Shown: positions 1 through 10,701, numbered from the stretch's first letter. The stretch: 45,179 nt of DNA from Elusimicrobiota bacterium (GCA_046153645.1 JBJXGI010000064.1:1-45179); one strand, 5' to 3'. Translations and numbers: made by a program. The notes: a model not told the origin generated them from the letters alone.

Positions 1-120
1 CTCACGGTATCACCCGCCGGTGGTTCTAACACTCGCAGTCTCTGGTTCAAAATCGTCACACCCAACATCGTCTCAGATACCACTGAACGTTTGGCTACGG
101 TTACCATTGCCGTTCAATAA
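1..120 (+). CDS. 3' end of an upstream CDS (partial), probably a secreted beta-rich protein
   Basis: Frame 1 is open from the window edge: LTVSPAGGSNTRSLWFKIVTPNIVSDTTERLATVTIAVQ, TAA at 118-120. Confidence 0.65.
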   Translation, partial: LTVSPAGGSNTRSLWFKIVTPNIVSDTTERLATVTIAVQ

Positions 121-287
121 GGAGAATGAATGAATAAAACACCAAAAATCATTTTTGAGTCTCGAGTGATGTAAAGGAATAACGTCGGTGTGTAACGACA
201 TCGAATCTCAAAATGATGGGTAAAAAACCGGATAAACCGAATCCACCGGGTTTTGGTGGTTTCAGTGTCTTTCCTCCAGGTTTGTTT

Positions 288-2402
288 ATGAAGTTTAAAA
301 AACGAATTCTGGGATTGGGGCTTGCTGTGTTTGGCTTGCTCATGGGAAGTACTGTGTCTATTTATTCAGCCCCGCAAGTTCAAGTGGGCGTTGGTGTTAG
401 GATTTTAAATCCTCCAAATGCGGTTACCAATCTGCATGCAGCACCCGTTGGATTGACTGATGGTGATGTTCAATTAACTTGGACAGCTCCGTCAAATCAA
501 AACAGTGCTCCGATGAGTTATTACTTGGTTCGATATGCACTTTCACCCGCCACAAGCACATTGGCGGCAGAGGTATGGTGGAATTCAGCGGCTTCAAGTG
601 AAAGAATTATTAGCAGTCCACAATCTCCAGGAACCTTGGAGTTTGCAACTCTTTCGGGTCTGACCGTTGGACTGACGCATTATTTTGGTATTAAAACAGT
701 TGATATCGATGGTCAAATTTCGCCTATTGATATTCGTACTGGCACAGTTAATCAGGCAGCAAGCCTTCCTGTTAATACGGGAAGTACCAATCCTCCTAAT
801 ACCCCCTCAGGCTTCTCAGGAGTTGCGTTAGGAACAGGAACTATTCGTTGGATTTGGGGAACTGTGATGGGAGCGGGTTATTATTCACTCCAAGTCTCAC
901 CCAGCAATACCGTCATTACCAATACGAGTTCTTCACAATATGATGAGTCGAACTTAACACCGAACACCTCTTATAGCAGAGTCATAAAAGCAGGAAATGC
1001 TTACGGACTTTCAGCACCCTCAAGCATTTATACCGTGTATACGTTAGCCAATATTCCTTCAAACCCAGCGTTCATATTGATTCGATATAACAGAATTCAA
1101 ATAACATGGCAGGCCAATTTAAACCCAGCCACAACTCTTTACCGAGTTGAACGATCTTTGGATGGAATCAGTTTCTCTGTCATTTCTTTACAAACTTCTA
1201 TTGGATACACAGACAACAATGTCAATCCAGAAACAAATTACTATTACAGAGTCATTGCCATTAATGGAGATGGAATTCCTTCTGTTTCATCACCCATTAT
1301 TAACACAACGACTCCCTCAAATACTGACTTTTTAGCGCCAGATCGACCCCTTGGATTAAAGGGAACATTAGATGTCACAGGACAAGCCTTTACGCTCATA
1401 TGGGAAAACGTCACCAAAAATTCAGATGGGACTCCTATCGATGATTTGGTGGGTTACAACATTTATCGTAAAACAGCGATTACTGGAGCAGCAACAAAAA
1501 TAAATCCGACCCCGCTAACAGTAACCGCTTTTGCCGATGAGGTTAATAATAGGACATACTATTACACCCTCCGTGCTGTTGATATCAATGGCAACGAATC
1601 AGTTGATTCGCTCATCGCCGACTCCAGTGCTTCTGCCAATGTTATTTTCAATTCCTCTGATGGAATGTCGCAGGTCCTTATGCCGAGCTCCGTCAATGAT
1701 TTGTTGCGATCGGCTTATAATAAATATCAGGTAGCACTCACTCTGGGCCTTCAAGAAGAACCTGTGCCAAGTCAAACGGAAATTATTAGAACGATTCGCC
1801 TTAAATTATTAAGAGCCGATACGAATCAAGAAATCAGTGATCTCTATTTTTCAAAACCACAAACGGTTGTCTCTGTTGGTTATGCCTTACTGAATGGACA
1901 AATTGTCAGAGGCAACCCCAATATTGAAGGAACAAATCCAACCGCAAGCGCGGGAGTGACTCCCGATCAATTGGCTCTTTATTGGCATAACGGCGTGACT
2001 TGGGTCAAAGTGGGAGGCACACTTGACACTCTTTCGCAGTCATTCAAAACCAAAACCTCTTTCTTGGGAACTTATCAATTAAGAATTGCGGCAAGAGCCA
2101 CTTCTCTTAATTTAGACGAAGCCAATGTTTACCCGAAAGTGTTTACACCCAATGGAGACGGATTAAACGACCGCGTGTATTTGGTTTTAGAAAATCCCAA
2201 TGATAGTTCAATTAAAGGTGAAATTCTGGATCTCGCCGGAAGACATATTGCCAATTTAACTCCACAAGGCATTGGGGTTGGGACCACTCTTACTTGGGAT
2301 GGGAAAGATGACAGTGGCGCCAAAGTTCCCAGTGGAGCTTACATCTATAAAATAGAAGGGGAAGGTAAAACATTTACTGGAACGATGGCGGTGGCAAGAT
2401 GA
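288..2402 (+). CDS. Secreted multi-fibronectin type III protein with gliding-motility/CHU_C-type (FlgD-Ig-like) C-terminal domain
   Basis: Signal peptide from ATG 288 (MKFKKRILGLGLAVFGLL). FN3 repeats (LTWTAP, YYYRVIAIN, YYYTLRAVD). C-terminal VYPKVFTPNGDGLND...WDGKD...VPSGAYIY. Confidence 0.85.
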   Translation: MKFKKRILGLGLAVFGLLMGSTVSIYSAPQVQVGVGVRILNPPNAVTNLHAAPVGLTDGDVQLTWTAPSNQNSAPMSYYLVRYALSPATSTLAAEVWWNSAASSERIISSPQSPGTLEFATLSGLTVGLTHYFGIKTVDIDGQISPIDIRTGTVNQAASLPVNTGSTNPPNTPSGFSGVALGTGTIRWIWGTVMGAGYYSLQVSPSNTVITNTSSSQYDESNLTPNTSYSRVIKAGNAYGLSAPSSIYTVYTLANIPSNPAFILIRYNRIQITWQANLNPATTLYRVERSLDGISFSVISLQTSIGYTDNNVNPETNYYYRVIAINGDGIPSVSSPIINTTTPSNTDFLAPDRPLGLKGTLDVTGQAFTLIWENVTKNSDGTPIDDLVGYNIYRKTAITGAATKINPTPLTVTAFADEVNNRTYYYTLRAVDINGNESVDSLIADSSASANVIFNSSDGMSQVLMPSSVNDLLRSAYNKYQVALTLGLQEEPVPSQTEIIRTIRLKLLRADTNQEISDLYFSKPQTVVSVGYALLNGQIVRGNPNIEGTNPTASAGVTPDQLALYWHNGVTWVKVGGTLDTLSQSFKTKTSFLGTYQLRIAARATSLNLDEANVYPKVFTPNGDGLNDRVYLVLENPNDSSIKGEILDLAGRHIANLTPQGIGVGTTLTWDGKDDSGAKVPSGAYIYKIEGEGKTFTGTMAVAR

Positions 2403-4675
2403 AAAAGCTACTGGCCATTTTCATTTCATTGCAACTTATCTTGCCCCCACTTTCTCATGCGGCCTTTGACGATTTAGGGGTCGGCGGAAGAGCACCTGGA
2501 ATGGCAGATTCATTTGTGGCCGTTGCTGATGATGTAAACGCGCTTTATTATAACCCTGCAGGTCTTGTTCAAGTACTCGAGTCGCAACTCAGTGCGCAAT
2601 ATGGACAACTCTTACGTGGTTTAGATGACGGCTCAAGCCTTGGTACAAGTTATATTGGGTATGCGCATCCCTTTAGACGAGGACGACTGGGAACATTGGG
2701 CTTGGGTTATCACAATTTTAAAGCGGCCAATTTATTTAATGAGAGAACACTCTTCTTAAGTTACGCGATGAGACTGAACATGCAACCTTTTGGTTGGAAA
2801 GGAGTGTGGTCTGCTGGTGCCACATTAAAACAATTACATAGAGAATTCCAACCTGATCGATTTGCGACCAATGCGCTCAATGATGGCGGTAACAGTTCAA
2901 GCACGGCAGATCCTATTTTTGCCAGTGGATTTACAAAAGACGCCTATTCACTTGATGTTGGTGGTTTGTATCAATTTGGAAAAGACTTAAACACCAGTAT
3001 TGGTGGGGCTCTTATTAATCTCAATCAACCAGATATTTCCTTTGGTGGTGATGGAGACAAAGCACCGCTTATGTTAAAAGGTGGAGTTGCTCACAGGCCA
3101 GAATGGGGGCTTCTGTCAATTGAAATGAGACGTATTAATAGACTTGAAAATTCCGCTGACAATGAAATTGCCTTGGGTCTTGAACGCAATATAAAACTCA
3201 CCAAACTTGGTGCTCTTACAATGCGTGGTGGATATGAAAGCGGTTCAAGAAGTTTGAAAAATTTCTCCGCTGGTGTTTCATATACCCTGAACCGCACTCA
3301 ATTTGATTATGCCTTTGATTTCCCTCTATCAGGAGGCGGCTCAAATACCGGTAATCACCGCGTTGGATTATCCATGAAAATGGGCTCTTCGCTTAATAAC
3401 AACATTGTTTCTATTCAAGATGAACAAATTGCTCTTTTAGCGGCCTTTAGAAAAGACAGCCTTACCACTTTACTTGGACTCGAACGTTTAGATCAAGATC
3501 TCCATTTATCCTCAGAACAAAAAGATCGGAGTCTCCTTATTTTATTGCGCCGCTACCCCTTAGATGACGATGGCCTTAAAGAAGCCAAACCCAGACTCTT
3601 AGAAGCATTAAAAAATAATCCTGTTGATTCAAGTGATTGGGCCGAACTCAAGCATAATTTCTTCAAGTCCTTACCTGAAGAAGACAGGGCCAATGCTCAC
3701 CAATCCGTTGAGTTATATATTAAAGGACAATCTCAAAGTGCCATGGCTCGATTGGCGCTGATGTCTCCTGCATCAAAGAAAAATTATCCCTTTAAAATAT
3801 TAACCATGATGAGTTTGGGAGAGTTGGCAGCCCAGGCTTATCGAAAAGAAGAAATTGATAGTACCATTGACAAGGTCCGCCAAATGATGGAAATGGTGCC
3901 AGATGATCCTGTCATTGAAAGCGCCTATCGCGAATTATTAAACCGCCAAACAATGCAAAAAATGGCACGTGCTGAACGCCGCGCTGAAGACGCGGCCCCC
4001 GAATTACCTTCGGCACCTTCCGCTTTGGTTGGCATGCCGAATCCGTTTTCTAATCAATCAACGACCATTCAAAATGCCAGCGCGCAAGAAAAAGATTTTA
4101 TTACCAAGAATTTCGCCAATGCTCTTGGTTACTATTTGGTAAAGAAATCTAATGGTGCCTCTAACAATGAAAAACGCGTTCTCTTAGAACAAATGAAAGC
4201 GGTTTACGGCGTGAGTGGAATGGATATGTCGTTGATCGATAAAGAATTGACCTCTTTAGGAGAAACAACCAAAGAGGTAACACCAGAGGCCGTAGTGATA
4301 ACACCCGCACCGGAAGTGAAACCAGAAACTATTCAAGTTTCCAAGCCTCAACCTATAGTCCAACCAGAAGTCGTTTCGCCTCCAGCTGAAAAAGTAACCG
4401 CTGAAGTTGAACAACCTCAAGAGAGTGTCAAAACAACCCCAACAAAACCTGTTGAGAGCCAAAGTAATTTTGTCACGAGCTTAAAAGAAGCCATTGAGTC
4501 TAGAGACATTGATCTCGACTCCGCCATTGAATATTACCGAGCCGCTTCTGAAAGAGATCTAACAGATCGTGAGCGTTTAGAAGTGCTTGAAACAATCATG
4601 AAACGTTTCGGAGAAAAAGGCGCCCAGAGAGTTCAAAGTGAAATTGAAAGAATACGTAAACGTCTGCGCCGGTAA
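2399..4675 (+). CDS. PorP/SprF-like (T9SS-type) outer-membrane barrel protein with long helical and Pro/Glu-rich C-terminal extension
   Basis: Signal peptide; GGRAPGMADSFVAVADDVNALYYNPAGL motif, NLNQP motif, FDYAF...HRVGL barrel end. ATGA overlap with the upstream gene. Confidence 0.75.
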   Translation: MKKLLAIFISLQLILPPLSHAAFDDLGVGGRAPGMADSFVAVADDVNALYYNPAGLVQVLESQLSAQYGQLLRGLDDGSSLGTSYIGYAHPFRRGRLGTLGLGYHNFKAANLFNERTLFLSYAMRLNMQPFGWKGVWSAGATLKQLHREFQPDRFATNALNDGGNSSSTADPIFASGFTKDAYSLDVGGLYQFGKDLNTSIGGALINLNQPDISFGGDGDKAPLMLKGGVAHRPEWGLLSIEMRRINRLENSADNEIALGLERNIKLTKLGALTMRGGYESGSRSLKNFSAGVSYTLNRTQFDYAFDFPLSGGGSNTGNHRVGLSMKMGSSLNNNIVSIQDEQIALLAAFRKDSLTTLLGLERLDQDLHLSSEQKDRSLLILLRRYPLDDDGLKEAKPRLLEALKNNPVDSSDWAELKHNFFKSLPEEDRANAHQSVELYIKGQSQSAMARLALMSPASKKNYPFKILTMMSLGELAAQAYRKEEIDSTIDKVRQMMEMVPDDPVIESAYRELLNRQTMQKMARAERRAEDAAPELPSAPSALVGMPNPFSNQSTTIQNASAQEKDFITKNFANALGYYLVKKSNGASNNEKRVLLEQMKAVYGVSGMDMSLIDKELTSLGETTKEVTPEAVVITPAPEVKPETIQVSKPQPIVQPEVVSPPAEKVTAEVEQPQESVKTTPTKPVESQSNFVTSLKEAIESRDIDLDSAIEYYRAASERDLTDRERLEVLETIMKRFGEKGAQRVQSEIERIRKRLRR

Positions 4676-4752
4676 TATATATAAGGATGAACCCTGGAAA
4701 ATAAAGATTCTTCAGGATAAACTCTTAAAACAGGTTGATAGGACAAGCTAAA

Positions 4753-5859
4753 ATGTCAAAACACGAATTAAATCCAGAAAATATTCCACCGAAAGAGGGA
4801 ACACCTCCTTTATCGCCTGATGAAGTTATGGAAAGTTTTGATACTTATCAAAAAAAAGTTGAGAAAGATTGGGAATCAGCCAAAAACTCTTACCAGAAAA
4901 AAATTAACCAACTGATGGATGATTTTCTAAAACAAGGCATCCCCGACATTCAATTTGAAGAACCCAAGAAAGAATCTGGATTAATTCCTCCTGCACCAGA
5001 GAACCTTACATCCGATTTAGACCAAACCCTAAAAAAAGCTCGATCTAAATTTATTAATCCAACCCATTTTTCACCAAGGTCTATTTTTACTCCTGAACCA
5101 CTTTATTCAAGATGGGATTTTTTAAGAAAATGGAAAACAATATCCGTTGGTATCGCCACTGTTTTATGTCTATTTTTTTTCATTTCCATTTTTAAAACTC
5201 AATACCCCGTCAAACTACCTTATACTCATGCCACTGGTCTTGTGATAGAAGGAGACAAAATTTACATTGTTGATTGGTTCAGAAAAGCTCTTTTTACTCA
5301 TGAATTTAAAAAAGGACTTCCCATAGTTAATATAGATAGCATCCAAACAGCACTGGCCTCAGGGCTGGCAAAATCAGATCAATTTTTTTGGACGTTGGAC
5401 GCACTAAATAAAAAAATTCAAGAGTTTTCTGTTTCACAAGAACGCACTGTTAACAACAGCTATGATATTTTCGCGCAAAAACCGTCTGGTCTCTATTTCG
5501 ATGGAAAAGATTTATGGTCGGGAGATGCACTTTCAAAAACAATTTACCGTCATCATGGAAATGCGCCAGACGATATTTTAGAAGAATATACTTTCGAAGG
5601 AATGAATGTGACTGCTCTTGAAGTAAAAAACAACCGGGTTTGGATTTTAGATGGAAAATCTCGTGAATTGGGACTCTTTAGGCTTCAAAAACCCTTAAAA
5701 AAAATATCACTTTACGATTTAGATCCACACTTACAAGACGGAAGCCCAACATCATTTTATTGGAAAGGAAATAATTTATATTTATTAACAACCAGTCCGG
5801 CATGGGTGTATAGAATTTCTAAATGGCAGTTAGAAAGACATATTTTAGAGAAATCTTAA
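4753..5859 (+). CDS. Single-pass membrane protein with C-terminal beta-propeller-like domain
   Basis: One TM segment (ISVGIATVLCLFFFISIF), then repeats such as GLVIEGDKIYIVD, GLYFDGKDLWSGD, LEVKNNRVWILD. Confidence 0.65.
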   Translation: MSKHELNPENIPPKEGTPPLSPDEVMESFDTYQKKVEKDWESAKNSYQKKINQLMDDFLKQGIPDIQFEEPKKESGLIPPAPENLTSDLDQTLKKARSKFINPTHFSPRSIFTPEPLYSRWDFLRKWKTISVGIATVLCLFFFISIFKTQYPVKLPYTHATGLVIEGDKIYIVDWFRKALFTHEFKKGLPIVNIDSIQTALASGLAKSDQFFWTLDALNKKIQEFSVSQERTVNNSYDIFAQKPSGLYFDGKDLWSGDALSKTIYRHHGNAPDDILEEYTFEGMNVTALEVKNNRVWILDGKSRELGLFRLQKPLKKISLYDLDPHLQDGSPTSFYWKGNNLYLLTTSPAWVYRISKWQLERHILEKS

Positions 5860-6566
5860 TTGTAGCGAGACCGCAGTTCGTCAACCCAAGAAAAAAGACC
5901 ATTGCGCAATTGAACCGAAAAAGAAAATAACTCTTTTCTAAAACGAAGCGACTTTGTTCTTAAACAAATTTTATTAATAAGACCCATACAAATATCCGCG
6001 TGTTTAATTGCCCTTAGACTTTTAGCAATATTCCCCTGAATTCGATCTTCTGAATATCCAATCCGATGTCCTTGACCAATGTTAATAGCAATCCAGTTCG
6101 CGTGAAAACGAAGCGACTCAAATTCCGCGCTGTATTTTCTCTTATAAGATAATTCTTTTCTTTTTAAGTACCTATCAATTTCAAAATAGGTACATATAGC
6201 AAAACGACAACAATCACGATAAATTAAAACAGTCGTTAAAGGAGCGCCTTCTCCCCAGTAATGAGGATCCTCATCAGTGGCAGGATGATAATCATGATCA
6301 GGATTGTGGTCCCCTACAAAAGGCTGATTTTTTAATTCATGAATAACAGATAAATTTGTAGAAAAACCATAGGCATGAATGACGGGTTCAAAAGCGCGAA
6401 CCTCATCAGTGCCTTCAAATTTAAACTTAGAGATTGGTTTTTTTTGGATGTTAGCGCTTTGGAGTGAAAGACGATAATCGTCTTGGGCCTGAAAAAAATT
6501 TTCCCAATCTTTTTCATCCCAACTTTTATTGAAATCTATTTTAGAGAAGAATTCTTTTTCATTCAT
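5856..6566 (-). CDS. Hypothetical protein, helical C-terminus loosely like four-helix-bundle proteins
   Basis: 236-aa ORF directly downstream of gltX; ANWIAINIGQG segment. Confidence 0.55.
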   Translation of the reverse strand: MNEKEFFSKIDFNKSWDEKDWENFFQAQDDYRLSLQSANIQKKPISKFKFEGTDEVRAFEPVIHAYGFSTNLSVIHELKNQPFVGDHNPDHDYHPATDEDPHYWGEGAPLTTVLIYRDCCRFAICTYFEIDRYLKRKELSYKRKYSAEFESLRFHANWIAINIGQGHRIGYSEDRIQGNIAKSLRAIKHADICMGLINKICLRTKSLRFRKELFSFSVQLRNGLFSWVDELRSRYN

Positions 6567-6581
6567 CGACGAAAAATTATA

Positions 6582-8069
6582 TCAAATAAGTGAGAGTGCT
6601 TTTTTAATTCTATCAAGGACACGTTCTTTCCCAAGGACTTCTAACATATGGAATAAACTGGGCCCTTTGGTCCGACCAGAAACAGCAACACGGACGGGAT
6701 GAAACACTTGCCCCGTCTTCAAATTATTGTTTTGCGCGTAATCACGACACATTTTTTCAGTATTTTCAGTTGTTAATGTGGGAGAAGCCGAAAATACATC
6801 AAAAATCCCTTCTAAAATATTTTTCGCTCCTTCTTTTTTAAGAACCTTCTCAAAAGACTCAGGATCAAAAACGACCTCTGTTTTCAAGAAGAAATCAACA
6901 AGTCCCGGAGCATCAGATAAAAGAACCAATTTTTCTTGTTCTAACATAAGAGCGGCATGAATATAGTGTTTCAATGCTTCATCAGCTTTTTCTGAAACCA
7001 GGCCTGCCTCAACAAAAAAGGGCCAGGTTTTATCTAATAGCTCATCTTTTGTGAGGTTTCTGATATAAACCCCGTTCATCCATTTCAATTTTTCGGTATC
7101 AAATATGGCCGGGCTTTTTTGACAACGATTTAAATCGAATTTCTCGACCAATTCTTGAAACTTATTTTTTGGACTGAATAATTGTTGTGAATCAGTGGTG
7201 GACCATCCCAAGAGAGTTAAATAATTAAGCATCACTTCAGGAAGAAATCCTTGCCGACGAAACTCTTCAACTGAGGTAGCCCCATGTCTTTTGGATAAAC
7301 GTGATCCATCAGGACCATGAATCATTGAAATATGAGCAAAAACAGGAATCTCTTTCCAACCAAAGGCTTCAAATAGTTGAACTTGGCGAGGCGTATTTGA
7401 TAAATGATCATCCCCACGAATAACATGTGAAATTTTCATTAAATGGTCATCAATGGCTCCGGCAAACATAAAAGTAGGGACACCTGATGATTTAACAATA
7501 ACAAAATCATCTAACAACTCACTTTCAAATTTGAGCGGACCTTTTACGACATCTTGAAATTCAACATTTCCATCATGAGGGCGAGCAAAACGAAACACAT
7601 GCGGTTCCCCTTTCTCAACTCTTTTCTGCGATTCAATGGGTTCTAATTTCCGACATCTTTCATCATATTTGGGTGGGCGTTTGGCAATCATGGCTTTGTT
7701 CCGCATCGCTTCTAAATCTTCTTTGCTACAAAAACAGGGATAGGCTTTCCCACTTTTGAGCAGAATATTCAAATGTTCTTTATAAATATTCAAACGCTCC
7801 ATCTGAAAATAAGGACCAAAAGCCCCTTTAACATTTTTATCACCTTCGACGCCGGGGCCCTCATCCCAATCTAAACCCAGCCACCGCATTGAAGAAAAAA
7901 TTGCATTTGTTGATTCATCCGTTGACCTGGCTTCATCGGTGTCTTCAATACGGAGAATAAAAGTTCCTTTGGTTTGACGGGCATAAAGCCAATTATAGAG
8001 TGCCGTGCGAGCGCCTCCAATATGTAAAAAACCCGTTGGTGACGGGGCAAAACGGACTCTTATTGTCAT
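6582..8069 (-). CDS. gltX: Glutamate--tRNA ligase
   Basis: RFAPSPTGFLHIGG (HIGH motif), LRIEDTD, RLSKRHG (KMSKS-type motif). Confidence 0.97.
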   Translation of the reverse strand: MTIRVRFAPSPTGFLHIGGARTALYNWLYARQTKGTFILRIEDTDEARSTDESTNAIFSSMRWLGLDWDEGPGVEGDKNVKGAFGPYFQMERLNIYKEHLNILLKSGKAYPCFCSKEDLEAMRNKAMIAKRPPKYDERCRKLEPIESQKRVEKGEPHVFRFARPHDGNVEFQDVVKGPLKFESELLDDFVIVKSSGVPTFMFAGAIDDHLMKISHVIRGDDHLSNTPRQVQLFEAFGWKEIPVFAHISMIHGPDGSRLSKRHGATSVEEFRRQGFLPEVMLNYLTLLGWSTTDSQQLFSPKNKFQELVEKFDLNRCQKSPAIFDTEKLKWMNGVYIRNLTKDELLDKTWPFFVEAGLVSEKADEALKHYIHAALMLEQEKLVLLSDAPGLVDFFLKTEVVFDPESFEKVLKKEGAKNILEGIFDVFSASPTLTTENTEKMCRDYAQNNNLKTGQVFHPVRVAVSGRTKGPSLFHMLEVLGKERVLDRIKKALSLI

Positions 8070-8500
8070 ATGGATATTTTCTCCAGAGGGACCATCACAA
8101 CTGTTTTCATGATCTCATTAAAACAAATACTAAACCGACTAAAAATCCCCGCCCGTCCTAAAATATTGAAACTGGCGGCATATTTTTTTGAAAAACCGAT
8201 TTGAGCTGAAAAGGACGTATCTTCCACTTCAATCCCCATCTTGACGACATGGATATCAACTCCGCCATTGGCTGTACCTAAACGTATTTCTTTTTTACTT
8301 TTTTTGATAACTCCCAATGCTTCAGCGATTTCTGGGCGAAAAACTGAAATAGATGCCCCAGAATCTATCAATGCGAAAGTGCTAACGGTTTTTTTCCTAT
8401 TCTTCAAAACAATCGGAATAAGCGGATAATATTTCCCATGAAACTTAACATACGGAAACTCATAATAATTTTGAGGGTTTGACTTTTCCATCTTATCCAA
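8066..8500 (-). CDS. Retropepsin-like aspartic protease
   Basis: ALIDSGAS catalytic motif and C-terminal NILGR motif. Confidence 0.85.
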   Translation of the reverse strand: MDKMEKSNPQNYYEFPYVKFHGKYYPLIPIVLKNRKKTVSTFALIDSGASISVFRPEIAEALGVIKKSKKEIRLGTANGGVDIHVVKMGIEVEDTSFSAQIGFSKKYAASFNILGRAGIFSRFSICFNEIMKTVVMVPLEKISI

Positions 8501-8502
8501 AA

Positions 8503-8733
8503 TTAATGTTTTCGAATAATGGGAAGTGGAGAAAGCAATTCTTTTTTGGAAGGAACATGAAAAACAAAGGGCTGGCGAGAATTTTTACTAAAAGTCATAT
8601 CAAGTATTCTTTTTAAAGAATTTCCTTTAGATACAATACCTTCCTCCACATGAAACGCGACCCACTGACCAGAAAATTTTTCTAAGCGTTTTGCATTCTG
8701 GCAAAGCCAACGAGTTTCTTGTTTTAAGGTCAT
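8503..8733 (-). CDS. DUF5678-like small protein
   Basis: LEKFSGQWVAF...IVSKG...FVFHVP pattern, adjacent to an aspartyl protease. Confidence 0.7.
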   Translation of the reverse strand: MTLKQETRWLCQNAKRLEKFSGQWVAFHVEEGIVSKGNSLKRILDMTFSKNSRQPFVFHVPSKKELLSPLPIIRKH

Positions 8734-8742
8734 GAACTTTCC

Positions 8743-9627
8743 TTAGGGAATTAATTTGTTTAGTGGATATTCAATAATGCCTTCTGCGCCAATGCGTTTG
8801 AGCTCAGGAATTATTTTCTTTACAACGGTTTCTTCAACAACCACTTCAATGGCAATCCAATCTTTTAAAGTGAGATGACTAACCGTAGGGCGTTTTAACG
8901 AAGGAAGAACTTTCATGACCTGATCTAAATCTTTCTCAGGCAAATTCATTTTTAGCCCCACCATTCCCTCAGCCGCCAAGGCTCCTTTCAAAAGAATAGC
9001 GATATTCTCAATCTTTTTCCTTTTCCATTCGTCTTTCCAGGATTCTTTATTGGCAATAAAGCGAGTCGTTGAACTTAAAAAATCTTCCACAATTCGAAGT
9101 TTATTGGCTTTGAGTGAGCGACCCGTTTCAGTTAGTTCAACAATCGCATCTACCAACATTCCCGCCTTGGCTTCCGTAGCTCCCCAAGAAAACTCTACTT
9201 TGGCTTCTACATTTCTTTCTTTGAGATATCTCTTCGTGTAATTAACAAGTTCAGTCGCGATGGTTTTACCTTGTAGGTCTTTTACAGAATTAATTTTTGA
9301 ATCATTGGGAACGGCCAAGACCCATCGAACAGGCCGAAAACCGGATTTTCCATAAATAAGTTCACAAACTTCATGAATTTTCGCATCTGTTTCTAAAATC
9401 CAATCATGCCCAGTGAGCCCCACGTCAAAAAGCCCATCTTCCACGTATTTGCCCATTTCTTGAGAACGGATGAGCATCACTTCAATTTCTTCATCATCAC
9501 AATAAGGGAAATAAGAACGGTCTCCCGAAGAAATTTTAATCCCCGCTTTTTTAAAGAGTTCCATGGTTGATTCTTGAAGACTGCCTTTCGGCATCCCCAG
9601 TTTAAGTATTTTTTTTGTTTCGGTCAT
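8743..9627 (-). CDS. hisG: ATP phosphoribosyltransferase (long form)
   Basis: [33 protein letters not shown]-terminal regulatory domain. Confidence 0.96.
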   Translation of the reverse strand: MTETKKILKLGMPKGSLQESTMELFKKAGIKISSGDRSYFPYCDDEEIEVMLIRSQEMGKYVEDGLFDVGLTGHDWILETDAKIHEVCELIYGKSGFRPVRWVLAVPNDSKINSVKDLQGKTIATELVNYTKRYLKERNVEAKVEFSWGATEAKAGMLVDAIVELTETGRSLKANKLRIVEDFLSSTTRFIANKESWKDEWKRKKIENIAILLKGALAAEGMVGLKMNLPEKDLDQVMKVLPSLKRPTVSHLTLKDWIAIEVVVEETVVKKIIPELKRIGAEGIIEYPLNKLIP

Positions 9628-9757
9628 ATCTTGTCCTTCTCGTTAATTTTAGAGACGGAATTCTAGCATTTATCGATATTTATTCTTTGCCAAAAAATTC
9701 TTAACCACTCGACATTGAAAGGAACTATTCCTACAATAAAGAAAAGGAGATGTACTT

Positions 9758-10144
9758 ATGTATATTCCGGCATGGGCTATTATTTTGGGATTTGTAGGAT
9801 TTGTATCTTTTATTTTGTCGGCGCTCGCATCTGGGAAAGGTATTCCTTTAGCAAAGTACTGGGTTGTCCCTTTAGCTGCAATTCTGCCTTGGATCATTAT
9901 CGAATGCGTAGTCCTTGTTTGGATCAATTTTGAGAAAAACCAAAGTCGCGCTCAGGCAATGGCAATGAGTGGTTTATTCCCGCTTTTCGGGCTATTTGGA
10001 TCATTAATAATGGGGGCCATTATTAGTTTTTTTGTGTCTCCAACCGCTTCCATTCGCACACGCTTTCTTTGGTCTGGAGGAATTTCACTCGTACCCGCTC
10101 TTGTCCTCGGGATCCTACTTGTTTATGTGTTTTTAAAAAAATAA
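9758..10144 (+). CDS. Small integral membrane protein (about 4 TM)
   Basis: AAGGAG RBS upstream; four hydrophobic segments. Confidence 0.7.
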   Translation: MYIPAWAIILGFVGFVSFILSALASGKGIPLAKYWVVPLAAILPWIIIECVVLVWINFEKNQSRAQAMAMSGLFPLFGLFGSLIMGAIISFFVSPTASIRTRFLWSGGISLVPALVLGILLVYVFLKK

Positions 10145-10374
10145 AGACCGACACCAATAGGACTTTGGAGCATACATGAACGAACCTAAGTTTGTTGCGT
10201 GCTAAACCAGCATATGAAGAAGCGTTAAGACGGAAACATAGAATAGAAGCAAAACTTGGCAGAAAGAGTAAGACGAACAATTAAGATATAGAGACCCCTA
10301 GATCTAGATTGGTGGGTTGGTGAATTACTACTTTATTTCAATCCGATCTTTTCTAAAGCCTGACCGCTTGCAAA

Positions 10375-10701
10375 TCAACGACCATCCCCTTGAACACTTA
10401 AATATTCTGGAACCGGCATGAACACTCCATATCTACGAGACGCCATCTCTATTGCGTTAAACGGCCCCACATCGTTACATTGATACGAAATAAATCCCTG
10501 CATTGCTTTGTTCATTAATTGTCGACAACCGTATTTGTCGCTTCCAGGGATAAAATAAAGACTGTAACGCAAAGGATCTACTTGCGCCGGATTATCATTT
10601 ACTTTCCCACTGTTATTACAAGGAACAGTGTCGGTTTTCTTTTTTTCAAGTTTCACTAAGAATCCGGTTGTAGTCGCATGCTTTAAATATTCCTTCTTCA
10701 T
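10375..10701 (-). CDS. Hypothetical protein
   Basis: 108-aa ORF with ATGA overlap with pabC; no recognisable motif. Confidence 0.4.
   Translation of the reverse strand: MKKEYLKHATTTGFLVKLEKKKTDTVPCNNSGKVNDNPAQVDPLRYSLYFIPGSDKYGCRQLMNKAMQGFISYQCNDVGPFNAIEMASRRYGVFMPVPEYLSVQGDGR

Noticed and set aside
213..287. N-terminal extension of the FN3 protein
   Set aside because: Signal peptide begins at ATG 288; the extension lies within the intergenic stem-loops
10023..10280. 85-aa minus-strand ORF
   Set aside because: Overlaps the + strand membrane gene, no RBS or motif; at most a remnant
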